This document shows positions 12,031 to 25,378 of a DNA stretch of 64,000 nt, piece by piece (the first letter of the stretch is position 1; each line of letters begins with the position of its first letter). The position numbers were made by a program, and so were the translations under genes. The notes under the pieces were generated by a model. That model had not been told where the DNA came from, made no database searches, and saw only the letters and a program-made list of their open reading frames with translations. This stretch comes from Neodothiora populina (taxonomy: Eukaryota). The stretch is from contig NW_027191411.1 in NCBI RefSeq assembly GCF_041146345.1, forward strand, positions 1,364,001 through 1,428,000. The letters run 5' to 3'.

Positions 12031-14252
12031 TCAATCCTGGGCATTCCTCTCTGCTGCTTCTTCCGCCGCCTTTTCCCAGCTGGTGTTGTAAATGAACCAG
12101 CCTTCGACACCAGCGACGATGCCTAAAGCAATGGCCGGACCAGCCCAGAGCCCGTAAAGGTCCCAGTGAAGGCCGAAACCAAATCCGAATGAAATCGGCA
12201 TAGCAATCTGTCACCAGTCAGTATTTGCCGCAAGATGTTGAACGTTGATCATGGACTTACGACGTAGTATGCAAACAAATTTACGTAGCTAGGGATCAGT
12301 GTCAGCAACTATGCGCACGTTTCAGGACGAGAGGTTTATGCGTACCCTCCAATCTCTTGCTGTCCTAAACCTCGAAGGATACCGTTACATAGTGCAGCCA
12401 AGGCGTCGAATAGTTGATAGGCAGCGTTCAGCGGAAGCACTTTGGCGGTCAATTCAATGACATCCGGATCGTTGGTAAAAAGCTTGGGAATATAGTGGCG
12501 CGTCGAGCTCAGAAGGATCACTAATGAAGTTAGGAAAGAGCGTCCTTAATCACCATGACAAGCAGCTGTTACTCACTGTTGAAAATGCCGACGGCGAGAG
12601 CGACATAGAGGGACACTTTTGCGTTCACTTTTGCCGCATCGGACAACGTGGCGCCAATCAGATTGGCAATGCGTGTACTCGCCGCAATACTGATGGGAAA
12701 TGGAATCTGGTATGTTATCGTGCTGATAGTGCTGAGTACGCTTTGAGTTGCCAGGTGAGTCGCGGATATCCAGCTCGCAGAAAGGGTGAGAATCTCGAAG
12801 GCCAAATATTCGGCAAGGATCATGATCAGCCCAGGGAGTGCGAGGCGGATCATTGGACCCCAGTTCTTCAGTGCTTTGCGAGAAAAGCCGTCCCAGCACT
12901 CCATGCCGTCGTAGAAGCGGACGTAGAGGAAGAGTAGCAGAGGCATTAAGTTTTCGATCGTGACGACCGCGATTGGGGCACCAATAAATCCCCAATTAAG
13001 GCGCTACAGCTCAATCAGTAAGATGCGCCAGCGTACAGATGGCGCATAACTTACCCAGACGAAAATGTAGTGTAGAAGTGCATTCAGAGGCGCACAAATA
13101 AGGAGGACAATAAGTGTGGCACTGAACAGTCCCTGGGCTTGTACATAACGCTTACCAGCCTCGAAGGCAGCGTAGCCAGGAGCACCGATGATGAGAACTT
13201 TCAAATATGAACCTGCCAGAGCTGCGGTCTCCTTTTCTGGAACAATCCACCCAAGGATCTCCGCACCAAATAGCCATATAATTGCGATAGGAACAGTGAT
13301 GACCCAAAGGAAGTAGATCATTCGCTGTAATTGGAGACCAACCAGGGTCTTCCTGCCTGCGATTTAATCATAAGCTCAGTCCATAATGCACGGTAAAGCT
13401 CAACTTACCCGATCCGTAAGCCTGGGCGCAGAGCGTGTCCAAAGAGGTTGTCAAACCCTGGTATACAGCGTAACCAGTGATGTTGGCGGTCATGGATGCC
13501 AGAGACACCGCACCGAGTTCGACTTTCCCGATATGACCGACCGTGAAGATGGATGCGACCGTGAGCGAATATTGTAGGAGGAACGTCAAGATCAATGATC
13601 GAGAGTAGCGCGCAAGCACAACGGCCTCCCTCTGCCATGTGGTCTTGATCTTTCCGGACGCAACAGCCTCTTCCCATGTTTTGTTTATGTTCTCGGGTGT
13701 GTCCACTCCTCCGTAGGGTTCTGATGAGTTTCCTAGCAATGCTGTGACCTCGGAGACCTCCTCATGCACATTTGCGACGCTCGAATCGTCCTCAACCTCA
13801 GTGCTCTTTCGAGGTACGAAGGCCGGCAGCTTCAACAAGCCGTTGTGTTTATGGGACGTTGTGCTGTCTCTTCGAGGATGCTTGGGAGGTATCAGGAGGT
13901 TATCTCTCAGTAGACTTCTCTCTTCGGCGAGCGCAGCCTCTCGGTCCTGGTCATTCAGCGCTCTCCTCCATTCAGGTGGTTGTGCTCCCGGAAAAAGAGG
14001 CCTGGGTCCACTGGCGACGTATGAGGTTCTTCTGTAGGAGCCAGCGAGCGAATATTCACCCGCCAGGTTGGGGAAGTCGCGACCTTCATTTGTTGCCTCG
14101 TGATCATCGCCATCTTCCTCATCCATTGCATCTTCATTGTCTGCCAGATCTCTTGCTATAGAATCATGTGCTATCGGCGAGGACGACAGGAAACTTCTAC
14201 GTGAATTTACGGAGGTGCCCAGCATGTTCGTGATGTTGATGTTCCTACCCAT
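12031..14252 (-). CDS. MATE family efflux transporter (ERC1-like)
   Basis: GHIGKVELGAVSLA, LDTLCAQAYGSG, STRIANLIGA and NGILRGLGQQ motifs; many TM segments; several introns; ends EAAERNAQD*. Confidence 0.92.
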
Positions 14253-15766
14253 GTTGCACGGTTGTTTACTGCACTTGACACCAGAATGCCCGTTTTATGA
14301 TGGAAGAATGGTGGGAGTTTCGTGACAGTGAACGTATTTGACTTGTGGACAAGACCTGGGAAATCGGACTAGATGCTATCGGAAGTACAAATTATCATAT
14401 CAGTACAACCATTCCCAACTGCATGCATATCGACGGCACATTCAATGGCGGCCATACGGTGTTGCCCGCGAGCTGGAGTCTATTAGCATTACGTGAGTTA
14501 ACACTTTAGCGTAACTCTGTACCGATAAGCAAGCAAAAAAGTAGGGGAGCCCAGGCACGGCCGATAGATATGCCAACCGACGACAACCTGGGGCCGCCTA
14601 TCCGCCAACATTTTTCGTAGGGTCCGTCGGAGTGAACGATTGCACAGGCCCAAATGAGGAAACTCTGTCCGAGGCGCTGATGTGGGTCGGCAGTCAAACT
14701 GGACTACCATCTGTTGCTTCACATGACAATGTTGCTGCGATTGGATACAATAAGCATGATGTGCTGACCATACTTGCGTGATAGTGGCATTGAGTTACTA
14801 TGCTTGCTATCTTCGCTGCTATCTTCTGTACTTCTCGCCGATCACCTGGCAATGTTATCGAAGTGCGCGTCCTTTGGTAATCTCGCTACTCCGTGGCTGA
14901 TACAATGCCATATCGATCAGCAGTAGTGCCGATGCATTGCACCGAGTTGACGACTTCTCGACCTGTCAAGCATTTCCCTGTTGTAGTCAGGCTTTGCGAC
15001 AACACAGGACCTCTTCGCTCGTGCAATCGATGCGGTAAGCTCGATCGCTTACCTTGTGAAATATCTTGGAATCATCATCGTCAAAGAGAAAAACGTGTGG
15101 AGAGTCAATGATGTACCAGTCGAGTCGTCGACTCATCGGACTTATCGAACTCAAGGCTAAGTTGTGGCCTGCCTGAGCTGTTTATACAAAATTCCAAAAC
15201 AGCATGGGAAAGTCTGTGATCGTAGCCAGAGTGCCAAAAACTAAGACGATGCCAAACCGACCAATCAAGTTTGTCTGGGTTTCTACATACCCGCAGCACT
15301 GAAGGCAAGTTTCTATGGCGGTATACTTGCCCAAGGGCCATTCAAGAAGACTGGCTGCTTCCGTCGGCAGTGAAAAAGAAGGGAAAAAGGTCGCAGCTGT
15401 ATTCTCGCATTCAGAAAAGATACGGTAAGTTAAGGTATGTCTGAACAGAATAGTAGGTAAAAGCACCCGGGGTAGGCAAGAACATTTCACGCGTTCACTT
15501 TCACTACATTCCACCTACAAACGGAAGGAGACAGAAGTGTACAGGGCTCTCTGCGTTTGTCGACAAACGCCCCTATGAATACTGTACGTTGTCCAATATT
15601 GATCCACAAACGAACCTTCCTCTGGACACTGGTTTTCACTTTCAAGGCTTCAAGTACGTTGCAATTCCATTAACGGCGATATTCTGTTCACAGACTTTTC
15701 CAACACTTAGTATTGCTCTGTTAGCATAAAATCAATCCATCAAGATATTTGCAACCATTGATCGAA

Positions 15767-16911
15767 ATGGCCGGTGACCCATTCTCATCCCATCCGTACC
15801 CGGGGATGAAGCAGATTGTGGCTATCAACTACTACTGCCAGATCTGTGACAAGGTCATGAAGACTCAGGACAAGATGTCCCACAATCGTGGAAAGAAGCA
15901 CGCAGAGAAGGTTGCGGAGCTGAACGATGCCACTAAGCAGTTTCCTGCTCCTGGTGCTGCTCCGAACTCTGACAAGGCCTGTCACAAGTAAGTCATGTAT
16001 AGATTCAATACATTGCAACCATGTTCTTACAATTTTGGCGTAGATGTGGTCAGCATGATCACATTTCGCGTGATTGTACCCAGCCCCGCAAGGACACGCG
16101 CGAGTGTCACCTCTGCCACCAAGGTATTTTGCCCTTCTTGCACAAGGTCGTACACCACTGATCGCTAGCTCAGTCGGTCATGCAAAGGCGGACTGTCGTA
16201 CCAAGGAGCGTTCTATGTGCTTCAATTGTGGCGAGGAGGGTCATCGCAAGTCCGAGTGCACCAAAGAGAGACAGATGATCTGCAGAAAGTGCGTTCTTTG
16301 GTCATCACCAAGGTGTTGGTAACAGACTACTGACACTTCTTCAGCTGTGACCTGCCTGGTCATCAAGCCAAAGAATGTACCGCTCCCTTCAATCCCGCCA
16401 ACGTCAAGTGCAGAAACTGTGAGGCTATGGGACACATGGCCAAAGGTAAGCAGAGCAACAAGCATGGAACGGTCAACGAGAGAGAGAGAGGTGCTAACAA
16501 CAATTCAGACTGCCCCGAGCCAAAAGACTGGAGCAAGGTCAAGTGCAATAACTGCGGCGAGAGTAAGCACCCGCAACAAACGATCGAAATCTGACTCGGA
16601 TGTAGCTGATCCTCAACCTTCTAGTGGGCCACACCTCGGTTCGTTGCAAAGCCGAACCAGGCGACGTCAGTACCTCTGGCTGGGAGAACACCAATCCATC
16701 CGCCACCACTGCCCCATTCTGGGAGGATGGTCAGAAGGAAGGTCTGATTCCTGGCTCCTCCTGGGAGGACTCTCTGGCTGCCCCCGTCGTGGCTCCGTCC
16801 AAGTCCTGGGACGATACCATTGACGAGGACGTGATCGCCAACAATACCGCGACTGCTGACAACAGCTGGGATGCAGCTGATGTTCCCACCAACGCTGTCG
16901 CAGCCTGGTAG
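15767..16911 (+). CDS. Zinc-knuckle RNA-binding protein (N-terminal JAZ/matrin-type C2H2 finger, six CCHC knuckles, Trp/acidic tail; CnjB/CNBP-like)
   Basis: Six exons splice in frame through GT-AG introns. They give CQIC..HNRGKKH, then CHKCGQHDHISRDC, CHLCHQVGHAKADC, CFNCGEEGHRKSEC, CRNCDLPGHQAKEC, CRNCEAMGHMAKDC and CNNCGEMGHTSVRC. Confidence 0.85.
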
Positions 16912-17739
16912 ATGGCATCGTTGAAAAGGGGGGCCACCCATGACACAAATGAGGGTTAACACACGTGGACGCCTTGCTGAGCTATTTTCTTGCGGTTTCT
17001 GCACGTAATGACAATGGGCCATAGTACGAGACAATGGACGAGAGGTGGCAAGGAATTATGCGGGATGATCAAGTGTTTACGTAAATCGGTGCCACAAATA
17101 TACCTACGTACATCCGAAGGACTCTCGACTTTCAACTGTATAATAAGAATTTGTCTATTTTCAGACGTGGTGAATGATCCTACTTCCATACAAAGTTGTA
17201 AACAGGAAAGTACACCAGCCGCGCATACTTTTCTTTCGGAACATCTCCCACGACTCCTGCCCCGGCCTACCTGGCACAAAAGGTCCTTTCTTTCTCGGAT
17301 GAGAGGCACCGAGCAAAGTCTTCCCAGACACAGGGTAGCCCTGTACCAACGGGGGAGGTGGGGGGGGGGTGTGAGTACAACGCGCTTAGAACTCAGAACT
17401 CGTATCAAATGAGCAAGAGTCTGTTCACTCCCTCGCGTGAATTTGTGAATTTGCGTCTCGAAGCATTGGCCGCACAAGACCTGCTGTTGCGGAAGCAGAT
17501 GTATGCATGAGGGCGAGAGAGAGAGAGAGAGGAAGAGATCTCAGGGACTCTATGAAGGTGTGAGAGCTCCGCATCAAGGCTAGGCCTGCTAGTCAGGCGG
17601 TAAGCGGGTCTGTTATGGCGACCTGGGCCTACGTGTAGTGGTGTTATGCACATGACCGAGGTCTGTGGTTGATGATGCAATGCCGGGCTTATTATCATCT
17701 GCCGTGCGTCCTCCTGTATGCGTATGCGCATCAGAGTGT

Positions 17740-17742
<3 letters not shown>

Positions 17743-17772
<30 letters not shown>

Positions 17773-17781
17773 AAGAAGAAG
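17743..17781. repeat. (AAG)13 microsatellite
   Basis: Perfect trinucleotide repeat just downstream of the TAP42 stop codon. Confidence 0.95.
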
Positions 17782-17788
17782 ATGTCCT

Positions 17789-18919
17789 TCAGCCTCTGTT
17801 GACCGTGTTGCCTGAGCCCTTCGGGTTGTCCTCGGTATATTCGTCCCAAGCTCTGGCCTTCATTGTCTCGGCGTCTGCTTTTTCCAGGTTGTCTTCGTCG
17901 GGCTCCGGGGACATTCCCGACTGCGCACCGCCTCCCTCGATCATGCCGCCTCGGCGTCTTTCTTCGTCTAGATACTCGTCGATGGTCATGGTTGGTAGGC
18001 TGTGGTCGGGTCTGAAGACGCCCTGTTGCATCCGTGTTCGTGTATCGAGGAGAGTGAAGGGACGCAGAGGCCGTCCGTCAGGGCTCAGGATGGGACCGGT
18101 CAGGCCTGCGGAAAGGGGCCCGTCTAGACGCTCGGAGTAGTTATCTGTCCTGCCGCCACGTTCACGCATGTCTCGCGGTTGATCAGAGTGGTTGGAAGAA
18201 GGAGGAGGATCGCGGGGTGCGAGAGAGAGGATGTGCATCTCCTGAGCGATGGATTCGAGAGACTGGAATGCTTGGTGGGTGCAGTATGCGAGCTGGGCCA
18301 GTTGCAGGCGACGGTACATTTCATCGTCGTTCTGGAGGGCGGTCGGGTTCCGTCGTAAATGATCGAGTTTCTGTCTCATTTCCTTCTCTTCACGGAATCT
18401 GCTGATCTTGGTCTCGCGCCGGGCAGCGGGGTCCGTGGTGGAGGCGGTGGAAAAGGTGTTTGGGGATTCGCGATATCGTTCGAACAGTCTTGCATCTCCG
18501 GCTGACAGTAGGTCGTAGTTGTCCAGTGACTTGAGGTATTGCGCATAGCTTGATTGTGCTTGGCTGAGTGCGGTCTTGCGATCTGCGGCGGTTTGTCTTT
18601 GCAGCAGGTCCGCAATGCGGTAGTGGATCAACAAGTATCTGTAAGGAGGATGGTGTTAAGGAAAGGCTCAGCGTTGCGAAGGGGTCACTCAAGCAATGAC
18701 ATACTGGATATTGTTAGATGATAGATCGTCGACGGATTCATTGTCACTGAACAGCGCCACTTGGTCGACGAGGCGGAGGCATTTCTCGTATGTCGCTATG
18801 GCGGCGGCGAGCTTGTCTTGATAGGCCGGAGTGTTGGAGTTGATTGCAGCCTCGAGCTCTGCGCGCTTTGTTTCTGCTGATGAGTACAGCGCCTTGAGAC
18901 TGTTGCCTTCCTCTGCCAT
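17789..18919 (-). CDS. TAP42: TAP42/alpha4 (IGBP1) PP2A-associated TOR-pathway protein
   Basis: LFSDNESVDDL, ARRETKISRFREEKE, GRPLRPFTL, LPTMTIDEYL and KARAWDEYTEDNPKGSGN motifs; one intron near 18640-18703. Confidence 0.93.
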
Positions 18920-19485
18920 CGTGTCTTTACTTTGTTTTGATATCGGAATCTACAGTCTCACAGCACACGAAGACACAATAATTGTGAAACGGGCAGCTTG
19001 AATTGTGGGACAAAGGGACAAAGCTTCCACTTTGCCCCGCCCAATCTTATCGCATCTTATCGCTCTCTACTACTACTTACTGTGTATCTGTACATCAACA
19101 CTACTTCACCTCACCTTGTCCACTTGCATCACCCTGCCTTTCCTGCATCGACTCATGATGCTTTGAAGGACGAACACACATCGCTCTGGGGTCAAGTAGC
19201 TAAGGTAGACTGCATCAACTGCGGTCTATCACTGCTCATGGGTTACGAGCCAAGTATTGCATAACTTCATTCGTCCGCCCAGTGCCCTCCGCAGTGCAGC
19301 TACATCTGGCGCTGTATCTATGCTAGCTTGAGCAAGCAACCAATGCTCAGCTGCGGCTTTCCGTCCAACACAGGAAGCCGGGAACAGCTCGTCAAATCTT
19401 AGATGTTGATTGCCCAGCTGGAATCTGGTCTAAATCTGAACTGTCTATTGTGCTTTCAACTCCAGCTTCGCCTTCCCGCATCGAC

Positions 19486-22400
19486 ATGGAGCTAGAGAGG
19501 ATGTCCGCTCGCACCAGACAAGATGCTGACGATAGCGAGAGTGATGCCGAAGTTGAGTCTGGCCAGACAAGTCACACCAGGTCCGAGAAACGTCGTATCC
19601 GCAATGCTCACTTCCACGTCTGGGCGCTACGAGCCACCGAAGCGAGCATCGAAACCCAAAAAGTGAGAGAAAACAGAACTGCCGCTGACGAAGAACTATC
19701 TATCCGAGCTCTGCTCGCGCAGAGCGAGACTACCCCGATCATCACCGGTCCACGAGAATATCAGATGGAGCTCTTTGAACGAGCCAAAATGCAGAATACC
19801 ATCGCAGTTCTGGCAACTGGATCTGGCAAAACCTTGATTGCCGTCCTTCTACTAAGACACGTGATAGACCAAGAGCTTGAGGATCGCCGTCAAGGAAAAC
19901 CTGGCCGTGTCGCCATTTTCCTGGTGAGTCTGACCCCGCAGATTGATGGAGGCTTTTGGCCTTACTGATCAAGCGGTAGGTCCCTTCGGTAACTCTGCTC
20001 TTTCAACAATTCGCCGTTCTCGAGAAGAACCTTGACTGTAGTGTCGAGCGCTTTTGTGGAGCCATGAAGTGCGACCTCTGGACCGGGGACGTATGGGCTG
20101 AGCACCTCGCCACCAATAAGGTCATAGTCTGCACTGCGGACATCCTCAATCACTGCCTCATGCATTCCTTCATCACTATGCGGCAGATTAATCTGCTCAT
20201 CTTCGACGAAGCACATCACGCGAAGAAGCACAATGCCTATGCGCAGGTCATTCGCGAATATTATCTGAAGGAACCTGATCGTGACCTTCGCCCTAGGATC
20301 TTTGGTATGACAGCTTCTCCTGTTGATGCCAAGGTGGATGTCGTGCGCGCGGCTAGGTAATCGCTCGTTACTCCTTATCGTCAAGCTGTATACTAACGGC
20401 CAGAAGTGATCTTGAGGACATCCTGTGCAGCCAGATTGTGACCACCTCTGACCTGAGACTGTTGCAAAAGACCATTTCACAACCCCGCGAAGAGATCGTG
20501 CGATACATTCCAGGCCCGATCCTTCCACCAGAAACAGACCTGTATCGCACGCTGAAGGCTCGCTTTGGTGGACTTCGTGTCATACAACCACTTCTGGAGC
20601 GAGCCATGGTCGTTTATTCCCACCTAGGTCGTTGGTGTGCGGACTACTACTGGACCTTTGCGCTTACCGAAAAGAAGGCTCAACAGCTCGAGAGCAAGAT
20701 TGAAAGGTCTTCGAGTGATACTGCGGATGTTGACCGGCTCAACAGGATTAATGCTGAGCTAGACCAGATAAAGGAAGCCATTGCCGTTGTAGCAGAGCAT
20801 CAATTCTTTGCACCGCATCTTGCATTTCCAGATGTCAGCCACAAGGTTGTGTCACTCCATCGCTACCTGCTTGAGTACTTCGAAGTTCCGTCCAGTCATC
20901 GCTGTATTGTCTTTGTGGAGCGACGGGTCGTTGCACGTCTTTTGCACGAGGTTTTCCATCTTGTAGGCGGGCCGCACCTACGATCTGGTGTTCTTACCGG
21001 CTCGGGCACAGGACGGCTGGATGACCTTCAAGCGACCTTTCGTGTCCAGGTCACTACCTTGATAAAGTTTCGCAAAGGCGAATTGAATTGCCTGTTTGCG
21101 ACTTCCGTTGCCGAAGAAGGTCTCGATGTGCCCGATTGTAATGTGGTTATTCGATTCGACCTATGCAAGACCATGATACAATATGTCCAGTCCCGTGGAC
21201 GTGCCCGACACAAGTACTCCAGACTTCTACACATGCTTGAGCAGGGAAACCCTGTCCATGACCAAAACATGCAAGAGAATCGACTGTCCGAGAGGCTGAT
21301 GCAAAGATTTTGCGAAGCATTGCCCAGTGATCGTCGCTTGGACGGGAATGAGGAACCACTGAACACCCTCGAACCCGAAGATCATTCCTTTACGATACCT
21401 AGCACCCTTGCAAAAATCACCATGGGCTCTTGTCTGCAGCTCCTGGCACATTTCGTCAACTGCCTACCTACAGATGTAGATAGCATCCTTCAGCCTGATT
21501 ATATCATGTCTCACTGTGCAGGGCAATTTGTCTACGAGGTCATAATGCCCGACAGCTCGCCCATCAGAAGCGCAATCGGACGACCTTGCGGTAGGAAAGC
21601 AGTCGCAAAGCGCGCTGCAGCCCTTGAGGCATGCAAATTGCTCTACCAAGGTGGCTTCCTGGATGACCACCTCGTTCCCACGTATGCAAAGAAGTTACCG
21701 TTGATGCGTAACGCTGCTCTCGCACTGAACATGAAGCAGACGGGCAATTACATAATGCGATTAAAGCCAAGTATGTGGACAGACTCTCTTAATGGTGAGC
21801 CGATACGTCTATACCCGACCATAGTAGACGTGAGTGATGGGCTAGATCGACCACATCAGCCTATTGTGCTTTTGACTCGCTTCCCTCTGCCCGATTTTCC
21901 TGACTTTCCCGTATATCTCAATGCGGGTCGTAGAACATACATAAAGTCAGTCTCATCGACAGCCGCCTTAAAGCCATCCAGTCGAGAGCTAGATCACCTG
22001 ACGAACTTTACATTACGTATCTTCAAAGACATCTTCAACAAGACGTACGAGTACAATCAAGCAAGAACGCCATATTGGCTCGCCCCTATACGCGATCGTA
22101 GCTCGCAACACACTACTCCAAGTAACGTATCGAGTCTGATTGACTGGTCTATCCTGGATACAGTCCAGCAGAATGACGGCTTCGAGTGGACAGCGGGAAT
22201 GCCGAATGACTTCCTCCTGGACAAATTTCTCGTTGATAAATGGGACGGTGGTAAGCGATTCTTCTCGAAAAGGATCGCTGCAGAGTATGGACCTCTCGAC
22301 CCTGTACCAGAGGGAATTACTAGCACGAAGCGGACCGCCAATATACTAGACTATTCGGTCAGCCTTTGGAAAGCCTCGCGACACCGACGCAACTGGGATC

Positions 22401-24297
22401 CGAAGCAGCCTGTCTTGGAAGTTGAGAGGGTGCTTCACCGCCGTAACATGCTTGCTGAACCGGAAGTGAAGGAGCATGGGCAGAACACGAAAGCGTTTCT
22501 TTGCCCTGAACCACTTAAAATATCAGCGGTAGGTAATGCAAGCAGCTCTTAATTTCGATTGTCTGATGTGCTTACAGCTCCCCTCTACTGTGGTTTCGAT
22601 GTGTTATCTCTTTCCCGCTGTCATTCATAGATACGATTCGTACCTGATAGCACAGGAGCTATGCACGGAACTTGGTCTGAACATCGACCTACGGTTGGCC
22701 CTCGAAGCTATCACGAAGGACTCTGATAATACCGAAGATCAACAGCAATACGAAAGATTAAATTTTCAGAGAGGCATGGGAAACAACTACGAGAGGTTGG
22801 AGTTTTTGGGCGACTGCTTCTTGAAGATGGCGACCTCGATAGCGGTTTTCACACAGAATCCCAACGACAATGAGTTCGACTTTCACGTTAAAAGGATGCT
22901 GTTGCTTTGTAACCAGAATCTTTTCAATAATGCTCAACCACTGAACATTGCTGAGTATATTCGCAGCCAGGCTTTCTCGAGGTACGGTTACCAGTGTCTA
23001 AAACACATCCTGTTTGACCTATTGAAACTCGCTAATCATTCTCTGCAGACGGACCTGGTATCCTAACGGCCTGAAGTTGCTAGAAGGTAAAGGCTCTAAT
23101 GCCAAAGGGGCTGAGGTCCACGGGCATAACCTTGGAGACAAGACCATTGCCGACGTGTGCGAAGCACTAATAGGAGCGGCGTTTCTTACACACAATCGTC
23201 TCGAGAGGTGGGACCCAATTGATTGGTCCGACGCGGTCTTGTCAGTGACCAAGTTCGTAGGTAGTCCGGATCACACGATGCAGATATGGTCAGATTACAG
23301 CAAGTCATACGACTTGCCCTCGTATCAGTTAGGCGAAGCGATGGGTCACCATGTGGAGGTGGCTCGACAAGTAGAGCTCGCCCATGACTATCACTTTCGT
23401 TATCCCCGGCTGCTGAGATGTGCATTCAACCATCCCTCATATCCAGCTACCTGGTCGGATGGCATACCCAGCTACCAGAGGCTGGAATTTCTGGGCGATG
23501 CACTGCTCGACATGGCGTGCGTTTCTCATCTTTTCTACAACTACCCGGAGGGAGATCCACAGTGGCTTACAGAACACAAGATGGCTATGGTCTCCAACAA
23601 ATTCTTAGGCGCGCTGTGCGTGAAGATTTGCTTTCACAAGCATATCCGTCTGTACAACGACATCATCATAAGCCAGATTGATGAATACGTGGATGAATTG
23701 CAGAATGCAGAAGAAGTAGCAGCTGGGGCGAGAGACTACTGGACACATGTCAAAGAAGGGCCAAAGGTGAGCACCAGAAGAATCAAAGGTGTTGGGTGGA
23801 TACTAAGCGCAATGCACAGTGCCTCCCAGACATAGTGGAGGCTTACGTCGGGGCTGTCTTCATCGACTCGGATTTCGACTACAACGAAGTGCTGAAGTTC
23901 TTCAACAGACATATGAAGCCATACTTTGAGGACATGACGATGTACGACTCGTTCGCGAATAATCACCCAGTAGTAAGCAAAATGGTGTTTCTCGGTCGTC
24001 GGAAAGAGCTAATGAGGCAAGCAGACGCGGCTACAAGCCTTTCTCAGGGATCAAATGGGCTGCGAAGAATTTCAGCTTTTGGCAAGCGAGCAAGGCACTG
24101 GCATGGGCTCGACGGCTGATGTTGTCGCGGGTGTCATGATCCACGAGCATCCGGAGCCCGTGGGAGCGTGGCGGGCGAAGTCTGCTCGTTACGCGAAGGT
24201 AAAGGCAGCAAAGTCTGCTCTCAAGGAGCTAGAGGGACTTACCAGTCCCGAGTTCAGGGCGAGATATGGGTGCGATTGTCATCTACGAGGCGGTTGA
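19486..24297 (+). CDS. dcl1: Dicer-like protein 1
   Basis: DExH helicase ([43 protein letters not shown]), Dicer-dimer/PAZ region, two RNase III signatures ([18 protein letters not shown]), C-terminal dsRBD ending GCDCH. About six introns; start codon uncertain. Confidence 0.95.
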
Positions 24298-25378
24298 GGT
24301 GGCAGCGAGGGTACGGATGTTCAGCATGGCGTCGTGGACCTGATGCAATAGAGGGCGAGTGCAATGTTATCGAGACAGTGGGTTTACGCTCGGGACGATC
24401 TGCAGATCCAGAAGATGTATTAATGCGGCGATCCATATAATAAGGATGATTGAGGGAAGCGCAATATCGTCGAGATTGCATTGGACATGACGTATATGGA
24501 ATTTCAAGCGAGGTTTGCGAGGATAGTGCTACGGAGGTAAGATAACAAATTATGGAGATAGGGCGGGTGCGCACGGACCGGATTAAGGGTCTCCAGTTCG
24601 AGAGGTTACGCGATTGACGTGACAATCAGCAATCTGGTCGACTACGTTTACCACGAAAATTGAGATAGCTCCCGTCCATAATCATCTGAATTGTGAAAGA
24701 CTGTAGATAAGAGTGGAGTCTTTATCATTCTGGTATTGCCTGAGTCTCCATAGTTGGCTTCATGTCCCTCGGCGATACGTAAATTGTACTGGTACTGTCT
24801 GAGCTGCAAGCAGAAGAATAAAGCGGGCTTTGTTCGCGCTGACGTCTTTTCCCTAAAACAGTCAATTAACAGCTACCTCACTTGTACCTGTAATTAGAAC
24901 ACCTTGCTCTCTGCCCCCAAGAATGACGCTGCCGTGAACAGCCATGTGTGTAACGAGCACTTTACCTTGTTACTTTCAGAGCGGCGACAAAGAGTGAGTG
25001 TGTGCATCAGAAAGAGCGGAAGAAAGAGACAGAGAGGAGACGTCTCGCGCATGCCAGCACACCTCGTCCTACTACTGGTCCCATTCCTGCTGCTCCTGCC
25101 TGTTTTGCTGCGCCTGCCTCTTTTACTGCTCCGTCTTGCGCGGTCCTACCTTCACCTAGCTCATTCTGACATTCATCGTGCCGCCTCTAGATTTCACTTC
25201 ACACTGCATCAACGATCAACCCACCACGATCCCGGACTTGATCTTAAGTAAACGAAAAGCGACTACCGCACCTCCACAAGAATCAAGACAGAAGTAAAGA
25301 GAAATCACGGCACAAAGAGGAAGAGACTTGAGTCAAATCACCTGCCATTGCGCACTTCTCGCGCAGGGCGTATAAGCC

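Noticed and set aside
15767..16911. Retrotransposon gag remnant (CCHC knuckles)
   Set aside because: Five spliceosomal introns, six knuckles, and no LTR or pol sequence nearby; this is a cellular gene.
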